The notes under the pieces were generated by a model that saw only the letters and a list, made by a program, of their open reading frames with translations, was not told the origin of the DNA and ran no database searches. A DNA stretch of 57,553 nt, taken from positions 1 through 57,553 of the forward strand of contig JANQLH010000101.1 in NCBI GenBank assembly GCA_028280735.1. Reading direction: 5' to 3'. Made by a program: the position numbers and the translations under genes. Each line of letters begins with the position of its first letter. Within the stretch, counting starts at the first letter, position 1. This document shows, one piece after another, positions 50,021 to 57,553 of this stretch. The DNA comes from SAR324 cluster bacterium (GTDB lineage Bacteria; SAR324; XYD2-FULL-50-16).

Positions 50021-51085
50021 ATGGACTTATTTCGAGCCGAGTACTGGCACTTGAACCCGGATGGAAAAATCGAATGTGAAGTCTGCCCCAGGGCTTGCAA
50101 ATTAAAAGATGGGCAACGAGGCTTGTGTTTTGTCAGACAGCGAATCGGCTCACAAATGGTGTTGACTACCTATGGTCGAAGTAGCGGATTTTGCATCGAT
50201 CCTGTGGAAAAGAAACCTCTGAACCATTTCTATCCGGGTTCCCCGATTTTGTCTTTTGGAACCGCCGGCTGTAATCTCTCCTGCAAGTTTTGCCAGAATT
50301 GGGATCTTGCCGCCTCAAAGGATTTTGACCGGATGACCGACAAGGCATCTCCCATGGCAATCGCCCAGGCAGCCAAGGATCATGGTTGTTCCAGTGTGGC
50401 GTTGACTTATAATGATCCTGTTATCTTTCTTGAATATGGAAGAGATGTGGCCCGGGCTTGTCATGAACTCGGCATCAAAGTGGTGGCTGTTACCAATGCT
50501 TACATCTGGAAACAAGCGAGAAAAGATTTCTTTTCCTTTATCGATGCAGCCAATGTGGATCTTAAAGCCTTTACCAACGATTTTTATAAAACTTTGACCG
50601 GAGGAGATTTACAAACGGTTCTGGATACGCTGGTTTACCTGAAACAAGAGACAAATGTCTGGATTGAACTGACCACCTTGATCATTCCGGGGGAAAACGA
50701 CAGTAAAAAGGAGCTGACTGAACTCTCCCAATGGGTGGTAAAAGAGTTGGGGCCCGAGACACCTATCCACTTTTCCGCTTTCCATCCCGATTTTAAAATG
50801 AGAGGCAAGTCAGCCACATCACTTGATACCCTGGTTGCTGCACGTGAAATCGCACTGGATCAAGGCTTGTTTTATGTCTACACAGGCAATGTTTATTACT
50901 CACCTGGTGACACAACCTATTGCAAAAGCTGTGGGAAACCTTTAATTGAAAGAGATTGGTATAATTTGACTTTTTATCGGCTGGATCCCAATGCCAACTG
51001 CATTTATTGCGGAACAAAAATCGCAGGGAGATTCGCTTCCACACACGGTCATTGGGGGTCTAAACGAAGACCTATTAGGGTTTAA
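50021..51085 (+). CDS. amrS: AmmeMemoRadiSam system radical SAM enzyme
   Basis: CEVCPRAC, IDPVEKKPLNHF.PG, GCNLSCKFCQNW, C-terminal CxxC pairs. Confidence 0.92.
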   Translation: MDLFRAEYWHLNPDGKIECEVCPRACKLKDGQRGLCFVRQRIGSQMVLTTYGRSSGFCIDPVEKKPLNHFYPGSPILSFGTAGCNLSCKFCQNWDLAASKDFDRMTDKASPMAIAQAAKDHGCSSVALTYNDPVIFLEYGRDVARACHELGIKVVAVTNAYIWKQARKDFFSFIDAANVDLKAFTNDFYKTLTGGDLQTVLDTLVYLKQETNVWIELTTLIIPGENDSKKELTELSQWVVKELGPETPIHFSAFHPDFKMRGKSATSLDTLVAAREIALDQGLFYVYTGNVYYSPGDTTYCKSCGKPLIERDWYNLTFYRLDPNANCIYCGTKIAGRFASTHGHWGSKRRPIRV

Positions 51086-51300
51086 AATTGGGTGTTACAT
51101 TAAGTATCAAACGATCAAATTGAGTCAAGTTCCGATCATTTTGATAGCCTTGTGAGCAGCCTGACTCTTTGTCATTCCAGTCTGGAAGGGTATCAATTAT
51201 TGCAGATCAGAAAGCTCTCCGATATCTCTCCTAAGTCAAATATCTAAAACATATTAATTAAAGACATTTTAATCATTTAATTATCATCCGGGAGTTGGAT

Positions 51301-52581
51301 ATGAGCCAATTTATCGTGAATGGTGGTAACAAACTACAAGGAAGTATTGTTCCATCGGGAAACAAAAACGAAGCGTTGCCGGTACTAGCTGCTGTCTTGT
51401 TAACGGAAGATCCTGTCACCATTCACAATATTCCGGATATTGGTGATATCGGCAGCATGAAATCGATCCTGGAGGAGTTGGGAGTATCGATCACTTTCCA
51501 AGGAGAAAACTCATACCGGTTCGATTCATCCAACCTGATAACCTCCAATCCCAATAGACAGCTTTCCGAATCCATTCGTGGCTCGTTTCTGCTGATATCT
51601 CCGTTGCTGCATCGCTTTAAAAAAGCAAAAGTCTATATTCCCGGGGGAGATTCCATCGGCCGAAGACGACTTGACACACACATTATTGCCCTGGAGCAGC
51701 TTGGAGCAGAAATCAACAGGGAAAACGGCAGTTTTAACGTCAACGCCAATTCGCTGAAAGGCGCGGATATTTTATTGGATGAAGCCAGTGTGATGGCGAC
51801 CGAAAATATCATTATGGCAGCAGTATTGGCAGAAGGAATCACCACTTTATACAACGCTGCTTGCGAACCGCACGTTCAAGGATTGTGCAACCTGCTGAAC
51901 GCCATGGGAGCGAATATTCAAGGCATTGGCAGTAACAGGCTGATCATAGAAGGCGTTGAGAAATTAAACGGTTGTGAGCATACCATTAAATCCGATCATA
52001 CTGAAGTGGGGTCCTTGATAGGTCTGGCGGCCGTAACAAACAGTGAAATTACCATTGAAAACGCCGGGGTGGAAAACCTGGGATTAATCCTGCACTTTTT
52101 TGAAAAGCTGGGAGTGAAAACAGAAATTAACGGAAGCAGTCTTTTGGTTCCCGCAAACCAGGAACTGGTTATCCAAAGCGATATCGACCAGTCAATTCCC
52201 AAAATCGATGATGCTCCCTGGCCCGGTTTTCCTGCGGATTTAACAAGTATCATGACGGTTGTGGCAACCCAGTGTAAAGGAACCGTGTTGATTTTTGAAA
52301 AACTGTTTGAAAGCAGATTGTTCTGGATTGATGGCCTGCTCAGAATGGGAGCCAAGATTGTCCTCTGTGATCCCCATCGCGCTGTTGTTGTCGGACCGGC
52401 CAAATTAACGGCAACCCCGCTTTCCAGTCCTGATATTCGTGCGGGGATGGCGTTGTTAATCGCCGCACTTTGCGCCGAAGGAACCAGTGAAATTCAGAAT
52501 ATTCAACAGATCGACAGAGGTTACGCTCGCATAGATGAAAGATTAAATGCCCTGGGTGCTGATATTCAAAGGGTGGCTTGA
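51301..52581 (+). CDS. murA: UDP-N-acetylglucosamine 1-carboxyvinyltransferase (Asp-type active site)
   Basis: SGNKNEALP, PGGDSIGRRRLDTH, SVMATEN, PWPGFPADL, DIRAG, IDRGY. Confidence 0.96.
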   Translation: MSQFIVNGGNKLQGSIVPSGNKNEALPVLAAVLLTEDPVTIHNIPDIGDIGSMKSILEELGVSITFQGENSYRFDSSNLITSNPNRQLSESIRGSFLLISPLLHRFKKAKVYIPGGDSIGRRRLDTHIIALEQLGAEINRENGSFNVNANSLKGADILLDEASVMATENIIMAAVLAEGITTLYNAACEPHVQGLCNLLNAMGANIQGIGSNRLIIEGVEKLNGCEHTIKSDHTEVGSLIGLAAVTNSEITIENAGVENLGLILHFFEKLGVKTEINGSSLLVPANQELVIQSDIDQSIPKIDDAPWPGFPADLTSIMTVVATQCKGTVLIFEKLFESRLFWIDGLLRMGAKIVLCDPHRAVVVGPAKLTATPLSSPDIRAGMALLIAALCAEGTSEIQNIQQIDRGYARIDERLNALGADIQRVA

Positions 52582-52686
52582 ATTATTGAAACATTGCAAA
52601 TGACCACGTTTTCACGTTGAGTTTGTATCCAAAATCGCTGTCGCGTATTGTGCAATATCTATATAATTGTGAGATGATTATCTTTT

Positions 52687-52977
52687 ATGAATACGCACAA
52701 CCCAACTCATCCGGGCGAGTTTATGCGGGAAGTATATTAGGAGCCCTTTCAAGTCAGTTATAGAACCGTGGCCAAAAAGCTCCGAGTTGCTCCTTCCACG
52801 TTTAACAGCTCGAAAAAGGAGCAGGGCAACATCAACTCTGAAATGGCTTTGCGTTTTTTTTTAATAGTATTGGGTAGGTCGACGGAACGCTGGATAGCAA
52901 AGCAAAGTAGTTATAATCATTGGGTTGCCGGGCAGAAAATTAACTTGGATGATGTTGAGATACTTGCCGTGGTATAG
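52687..52977 (+). pseudogene. higA: HigA-family HTH antitoxin, interrupted by an in-frame TAG
   Basis: MNTHNPTHPGEFMREVY*EPF ... SEMALR ... LGRS.E.W...Q..Y..W; stop at 52738-52740 where a Leu is expected. Confidence 0.8.
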
Positions 52978-53018
52978 TTCTTCCTGCCCGTATAACCAAA
53001 ATTTATTTACAAAGTAAC

Positions 53019-53642
53019 ATGCTAATCACATTCGAAGGGATCGATGCTTGTGGCAAATCGACCCAGATGGAACTGCTGGCAGAAAGGCTGGAAAAAGAAG
53101 GGCTGGACGTCATTAAAGCGCGTCAACCTGGCGGAACGTCTATCGGGCAGGCTATTCGCAAGATACTACTCGATCCGTCCAATACGGAAATGACTCCCGA
53201 AACCGAGGTCTTGCTTTACGTGGCCGACCGACTACAGCACATCGAACAAGTCATTAAACCGGCTCTGAAAGAACAAAAGATCGTACTTTGCGATAGGTAC
53301 CATGACACCGCCGTAGCTTATCAGGGGGCCGGCAGACAACGCGATCTTACCTGGTTAAAACCGATTGAGGATAAATTTATCCAAGTACCTGATTTGACCC
53401 TTTATTTTGATATAACCGTAGCAACCTCCCAGGCCAGACTGGAGGAACGAAACAAGGCTTTGGACCAGGAAAACTGCAGATTGGAACAGGAGGATGTCGA
53501 CTTTTTTAACCGAATACGCTCTGCCTATAAATCCCTTGCAGAGAGAGAACCGCAACGATTTGTTATTGTGGATGCCGAAGGCTCTATTGAGAGTATTCAG
53601 GAAGAAGTCGTTCAAATAGTCTTGCAACGATTAGGGAAATAA
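53019..53642 (+). CDS. tmk: Thymidylate kinase
   Basis: ITFEGIDACGKSTQ, RQPGGT, LCDRY..AYQG. Confidence 0.96.
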   Translation: MLITFEGIDACGKSTQMELLAERLEKEGLDVIKARQPGGTSIGQAIRKILLDPSNTEMTPETEVLLYVADRLQHIEQVIKPALKEQKIVLCDRYHDTAVAYQGAGRQRDLTWLKPIEDKFIQVPDLTLYFDITVATSQARLEERNKALDQENCRLEQEDVDFFNRIRSAYKSLAEREPQRFVIVDAEGSIESIQEEVVQIVLQRLGK

Positions 53643-53643
53643 A

Positions 53644-54630
53644 ATGAACTTCTCCGGAATTTACGGACATGACAAAGTAAAAGAATACCTGTCCAAAGCC
53701 TTTGAGCTAAACAGAGTACCTTCTGCCTATCTGTTTCTTGGGGAAAACGGGATCGGTAAAAGCTCTGTCGTCTTTAAATTTGCACAACTGCTTAATTGCG
53801 AAACACACAGCATTTGCCACGTTTGTGATAACTGCCGTTTGTTTGATTCCGGCAAACACCCGGATTTCCATTTGGTGAAACGCAATGGCCAGTTTATTCG
53901 AATCGCCCAGATCCAGGAGCTGATTTCCCGGTTGAGCCTTAAATCGGCTTATGCCTCCAAACGAGTGGTCTTAATCCAAGAGGCAGACCGCCTTAACCAG
54001 GAATCCGCCAACAGTTTTTTGAAGATCCTTGAGGAACCACCACTTGATACCTTAATGGTTCTGACCGCGTCAGAAGAAAACATGTTGTTGGAAACCATAC
54101 TGTCCAGGTGTCAGAAAGTATCCTTTTCGCCGCTTTCCCGGGAAGTTTTAAAACGAATCATCACAGAGCGATTCGCAGTAAATGACAGTGAGATGGATTT
54201 CGTCATCAACTATTCCCGGGGACGAATCCGCAAAGATTTCATAGACAAGGTTGCAGTCTTAAACACCATGCGCAGGCAGGTATTGATCATGCTGTGCAGT
54301 TTGATCCTGGAAAACATGGTGGCTCACACAATTCAGATAGAACAATGGGTGAAAAAGGATCTGCATGAATACTTCCTTGAGTTCACAGCAATTTGGTTAA
54401 AAGACTTTATTTATCTTAAAATGGAAAATCCAGGGCAAATGACCAATCGGGATATGATTGACGAAATCGACATATCCGCAATTCATGCCGATCAAGAACA
54501 GTTGAATCAGGCTTTTGGATTGGTAATTGAAACCGAACTGGCGGTAAAGGCAAACGCCGGCAAGGTTCTGGCGTTGGAAAGTTTGATCATCCAGTTAAAG
54601 CAGTTATTTGAAGGAGAGATGGTCCTCTAA
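53644..54630 (+). CDS. holB: DNA polymerase III delta' subunit
   Basis: AYLFLGENGIGK, Zn module C..C..C..C, HPDF, ANSFLKILEEPP, TILSRC; follows tmk. Confidence 0.92.
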   Translation: MNFSGIYGHDKVKEYLSKAFELNRVPSAYLFLGENGIGKSSVVFKFAQLLNCETHSICHVCDNCRLFDSGKHPDFHLVKRNGQFIRIAQIQELISRLSLKSAYASKRVVLIQEADRLNQESANSFLKILEEPPLDTLMVLTASEENMLLETILSRCQKVSFSPLSREVLKRIITERFAVNDSEMDFVINYSRGRIRKDFIDKVAVLNTMRRQVLIMLCSLILENMVAHTIQIEQWVKKDLHEYFLEFTAIWLKDFIYLKMENPGQMTNRDMIDEIDISAIHADQEQLNQAFGLVIETELAVKANAGKVLALESLIIQLKQLFEGEMVL

Positions 54631-55098
54631 TCAGTGCGTTCTAAGATCCTGGTGAATTCCAATTAATTGGGTTCCCACCTTGTAACTTTCGGATGTGTCT
54701 CCCTTGGCCGGTTCAACGTGCTTGACCAGGCAAATCGCCTTGTAAATTACATCTTCCCCGACAATTCCCAGGATAATTTCCTCATTTATGTCCAGGTTTT
54801 CATCGATCTGGATTTTCATTCCCATTTCACTGATATCCAGAATCAGAATCTTCACACTCTTTTTTTTCTTGGATGCCGATGACAGGTAAACGTTTGTAAC
54901 AACAGGATGTCTCTCATGCCTTCTACGTTCCTCCCCGGGTGTTGATCTGCCGATCAAGTCCTTTTCCGGGATCAGTATTTTTGGCAATAATGATATCAGG
55001 CAATTAGGGCAGATGTGCTGGGAAATGTTCGAAACTGATTCCTGATCATCCGAAAAGATAGTTGCTTTGTTACACCAGGCGCAGTTGGCTGTTAGCAT
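54631..55098 (-). CDS. PilZ-domain protein with N-terminal CxxC...CxxC motif
   Basis: RRRHER and DISEMG c-di-GMP-binding motifs; CAWC ... HICPNC. Confidence 0.8.
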   Translation of the reverse strand: MLTANCAWCNKATIFSDDQESVSNISQHICPNCLISLLPKILIPEKDLIGRSTPGEERRRHERHPVVTNVYLSSASKKKKSVKILILDISEMGMKIQIDENLDINEEIILGIVGEDVIYKAICLVKHVEPAKGDTSESYKVGTQLIGIHQDLRTH

Positions 55099-55117
55099 GA
55101 GACAGTCTTGATTTGGG

Positions 55118-57553
55118 TTAGTTTTCCTGTTGGACGCTCTGCTTTTCGTCCGTTTCGTTGTAAAGGAAGTTTAAGCTATTCAGCGGGAGTACTTCTTCCA
55201 GATCACTGACAAACTCTTCAGTAGGACAAATCCTTTCCGGTAATTCAATATCCACTCGACAATTGTTATCCGATTTAAGCGAGAGATCCACATAACAATC
55301 TCCCGGGTATCTTTCCATAATCTGTTTGATCGATTCAACATCGGATACTTCAGCGGATTCCGGCAGATCCAGCCTTAAATGGGTTGAATGCTCGGCCCTG
55401 ATATCGGGGATTGATTCAACATTCTGAGCAATCAGTCTGCGGGAATCATCTTCACTTTTTATGTATCCCGATATCAACACCGGATCATCAAACTCTTCCG
55501 CATCCAGTATATGAGAGGCAGCTTTAAATGATTTTGCAAATACCAGCACGTCCATCGTTCCCCACAGATCTTCAACTGTCAATAGTGCCCACTTCTCATT
55601 GTTCTTCTTGGACAGGCGAATCACTTTGGTGGCAATGACTCCGGCGATATTGATAACCTCTTTGAAACCAAATCGTCTGTCCGGAGCTTTTAAATCGGTG
55701 GTTCGATGAATCTTGGTGTAATGATTGATCTCCTCCGAATAGGAATGAAGCGGGTGGCCGGATATATAGAAACCAAGGGCTTCTTTCTCAAATTTCAGCC
55801 TGATTTTGGTTTTCCAGTCCGGTACCTTCGGAAGCTCAATTTTTGTGCGGCTTTTCTCTATTTCATCATCGGAAAGCAAATCGAAAAAGGAAACCTGGTT
55901 TTCGCGGATCATTGATTTCTCGGCATTGGCAAGAGACAAAATTTGATCCAGTCCCTCCAGAATGCACCTGCGGTTTATTTCCAGGGAATCAAAAACACCG
56001 GCTTTAACCAGGGCTTCCAAAACTCTTGAGTTGACTTTGGAGGTGTCGATTCGACTGAACACATCAACCAGGGTTTCAAACTTTTCGCATTCCTCCCTGG
56101 CCTGGAGGATACTTTTTAATGCAGTCTCACCCACATTTTTAATGGCATTCAATCCAAACCGAATCCTGCCTTTGTTGGCGGTGAAGATCAAATCGCTTTC
56201 ATTGATGTCGGGCGGTAATACTGGAATGTTCATGTCCTGGCATTCACTGATCAGTTTGACCACACTTTCGGGTTTGTTTCTTTCAATGGTTAACAATGCT
56301 GCCATGAAATCCACCGGATAGTTGGCTTTCAACCAGGCAGTCTGGTAGCTGATCAAGGCGTAGGCAGCGGAATGGGATTTGTTAAATCCGTATCCTGCAA
56401 ATTTATCAATTAAATCAAAAATATAATCTGCCTTTTCAGCATTAATATCGTTTTTGGCACAGCCTTTTTTAAAGGTTTCCCGTTGTTCCTGCAAAACTTC
56501 GGGGATTTTTTTACCAATGGCTCTCCTTAATATATCGGCTCCGCCCAGGGAAAAATCAGCCAGGACCTGTACCGTCCTCATAACTTGTTCCTGGTAAACC
56601 ATCACACCGTAGGTTTCATCAAGCACCGATTCCATTAAGGGATGGGGATAGCTTGTTTTTTGTCGGCCGTGTTTTCGTTCCACGTAATCATCCACCATGC
56701 CGGAGCCGAGTGGTCCCGGTCGGTACAATGCCACCAGGGCTATAATATCCTCGAAACAATCCGGTTTAAGCTTGCGGATCAGGGCTTTCATTCCTTCCGA
56801 TTCCAGCTGGAAAACCCCGGTGGTATCTCCTCGACACAACAACTTGAAAGTTTCGGGGTCATCCATGGGAATCAGGGAGATATCCAATTGATCTTCCGAG
56901 GATTGCCTTTTGTTGATTAACTCTACCGTTTTATCAATGATAGTCAGGTTACGCAGACCCAAAAAGTCGAATTTTACAGCTCCCTGGTCCTCTGCGTATT
57001 TCATGGTGAATTGAGACTGAATGCCGTCTCCTTTAGTGGGAGTGCAGGTCGGCATCACATCAGTGATTGCGGAATCCATAATAATCACCCCGGCTGCGTG
57101 GGTGGAAAGGTTATTATTCATTCCTTCCAGCGCCAATGCTGTCTTAATCAGCTTTTGCTCAACATCGGAACCGCTTGTCGCCATCTCCTTGAGTTTGGGC
57201 TCCGTCTCCATCACTTTGGTTAAGGTGATACCCAGGTCATCCGGCACCAGCTTGGCTATTTTATCAGCCTCGGCAAAGGGTATATCCAGAACACGAGCAA
57301 CACCCCTGATAGCACCTTTCGCCTTCAGAGAACCAATGGCCGATATTTGGCAGACGTTTTTCTCCCCGTATTTTTGCTTCACATAATCGATAACACGTTC
57401 CCGACCTTCCACTTCGAAATCGATATCAAAGTCAGGCATGCTCACTCGTTCGGGATTGAGAAAGCGCTCAAACAGCAGGTCATACTTTATAGGGTCAAGA
57501 TCCGTAATCTCAAGAGCATAAGCCACCAGCGCGATCATCAACCACGGCCAGGG
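55118..57553 (-). CDS. dnaE: DNA polymerase III alpha subunit (5'-truncated by window)
   Basis: LFERFLNPERVSMPDFDIDF, STHAAGV, KFDFLGL, GVFQLES, YGFNKSH, EKEALGFYISGHPL. Confidence 0.96.
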   Translation of the reverse strand, partial: PWPWLMIALVAYALEITDLDPIKYDLLFERFLNPERVSMPDFDIDFEVEGRERVIDYVKQKYGEKNVCQISAIGSLKAKGAIRGVARVLDIPFAEADKIAKLVPDDLGITLTKVMETEPKLKEMATSGSDVEQKLIKTALALEGMNNNLSTHAAGVIIMDSAITDVMPTCTPTKGDGIQSQFTMKYAEDQGAVKFDFLGLRNLTIIDKTVELINKRQSSEDQLDISLIPMDDPETFKLLCRGDTTGVFQLESEGMKALIRKLKPDCFEDIIALVALYRPGPLGSGMVDDYVERKHGRQKTSYPHPLMESVLDETYGVMVYQEQVMRTVQVLADFSLGGADILRRAIGKKIPEVLQEQRETFKKGCAKNDINAEKADYIFDLIDKFAGYGFNKSHSAAYALISYQTAWLKANYPVDFMAALLTIERNKPESVVKLISECQDMNIPVLPPDINESDLIFTANKGRIRFGLNAIKNVGETALKSILQAREECEKFETLVDVFSRIDTSKVNSRVLEALVKAGVFDSLEINRRCILEGLDQILSLANAEKSMIRENQVSFFDLLSDDEIEKSRTKIELPKVPDWKTKIRLKFEKEALGFYISGHPLHSYSEEINHYTKIHRTTDLKAPDRRFGFKEVINIAGVIATKVIRLSKKNNEKWALLTVEDLWGTMDVLVFAKSFKAASHILDAEEFDDPVLISGYIKSEDDSRRLIAQNVESIPDIRAEHSTHLRLDLPESAEVSDVESIKQIMERYPGDCYVDLSLKSDNNCRVDIELPERICPTEEFVSDLEEVLPLNSLNFLYNETDEKQSVQQEN

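Noticed and set aside
50021-51085. amrS without its AmmeMemoRadiSam A/B partners, and ubiX without ubiD
   Set aside because: These partners are often unlinked; absence cannot be judged from one window.
52738-52740. TAG in higA as pyrrolysine or stop-codon recoding
   Set aside because: TAG terminates ordinary genes in this window (e.g. rnhA, atpC), and the rest of higA is also eroded, so pseudogenisation is simpler.

Overview
Bacterial chromosomal segment, probably close to the replication origin: it holds a canonical parS site, a second near-perfect parS inside ubiX, and the atpF'FHAGDC operon. The split atp operon with two b subunits suggests a deltaproteobacteria-like host (inference only). 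Most of the window is housekeeping: a class I adenylate-cyclase-like gene (5'-truncated), rnhA, proA, atp genes, ispD, rimO, yebC-ruvC-ruvA-ssb, miaA, kdsA, tyrA, an RND efflux trio, ubiX, prfC, serA-serC-proC, a P5C dehydrogenase, amrS, murA, tmk-holB and dnaE (5'-truncated). The main accessory block (about 36.7-46.5 kb) is a co-oriented conflict island. It encodes a 2181-aa Rhs/YD toxin with a Sec signal, a seven-repeat lectin-like FG-GAP propeller, an internal transmembrane plus lipobox-like segment and an Ntox33-like tip. The toxin is followed by a DUF4279-like immunity gene and a translationally coupled ABC three-component (Lamassu-like) defence operon: HNH effector, small middle component and SMC-like ATPase. 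Smaller oddities are a 304-bp MITE-like element, a ruvC lacking a standard start codon, a PIN toxin gene collapsed to 11 codons, a higA pseudogene, an Asp-type (fosfomycin-insensitive) MurA, candidate structured RNAs, and a frame break in dnaE at the window edge. All family assignments come from motif recognition by eye; no database search was run.
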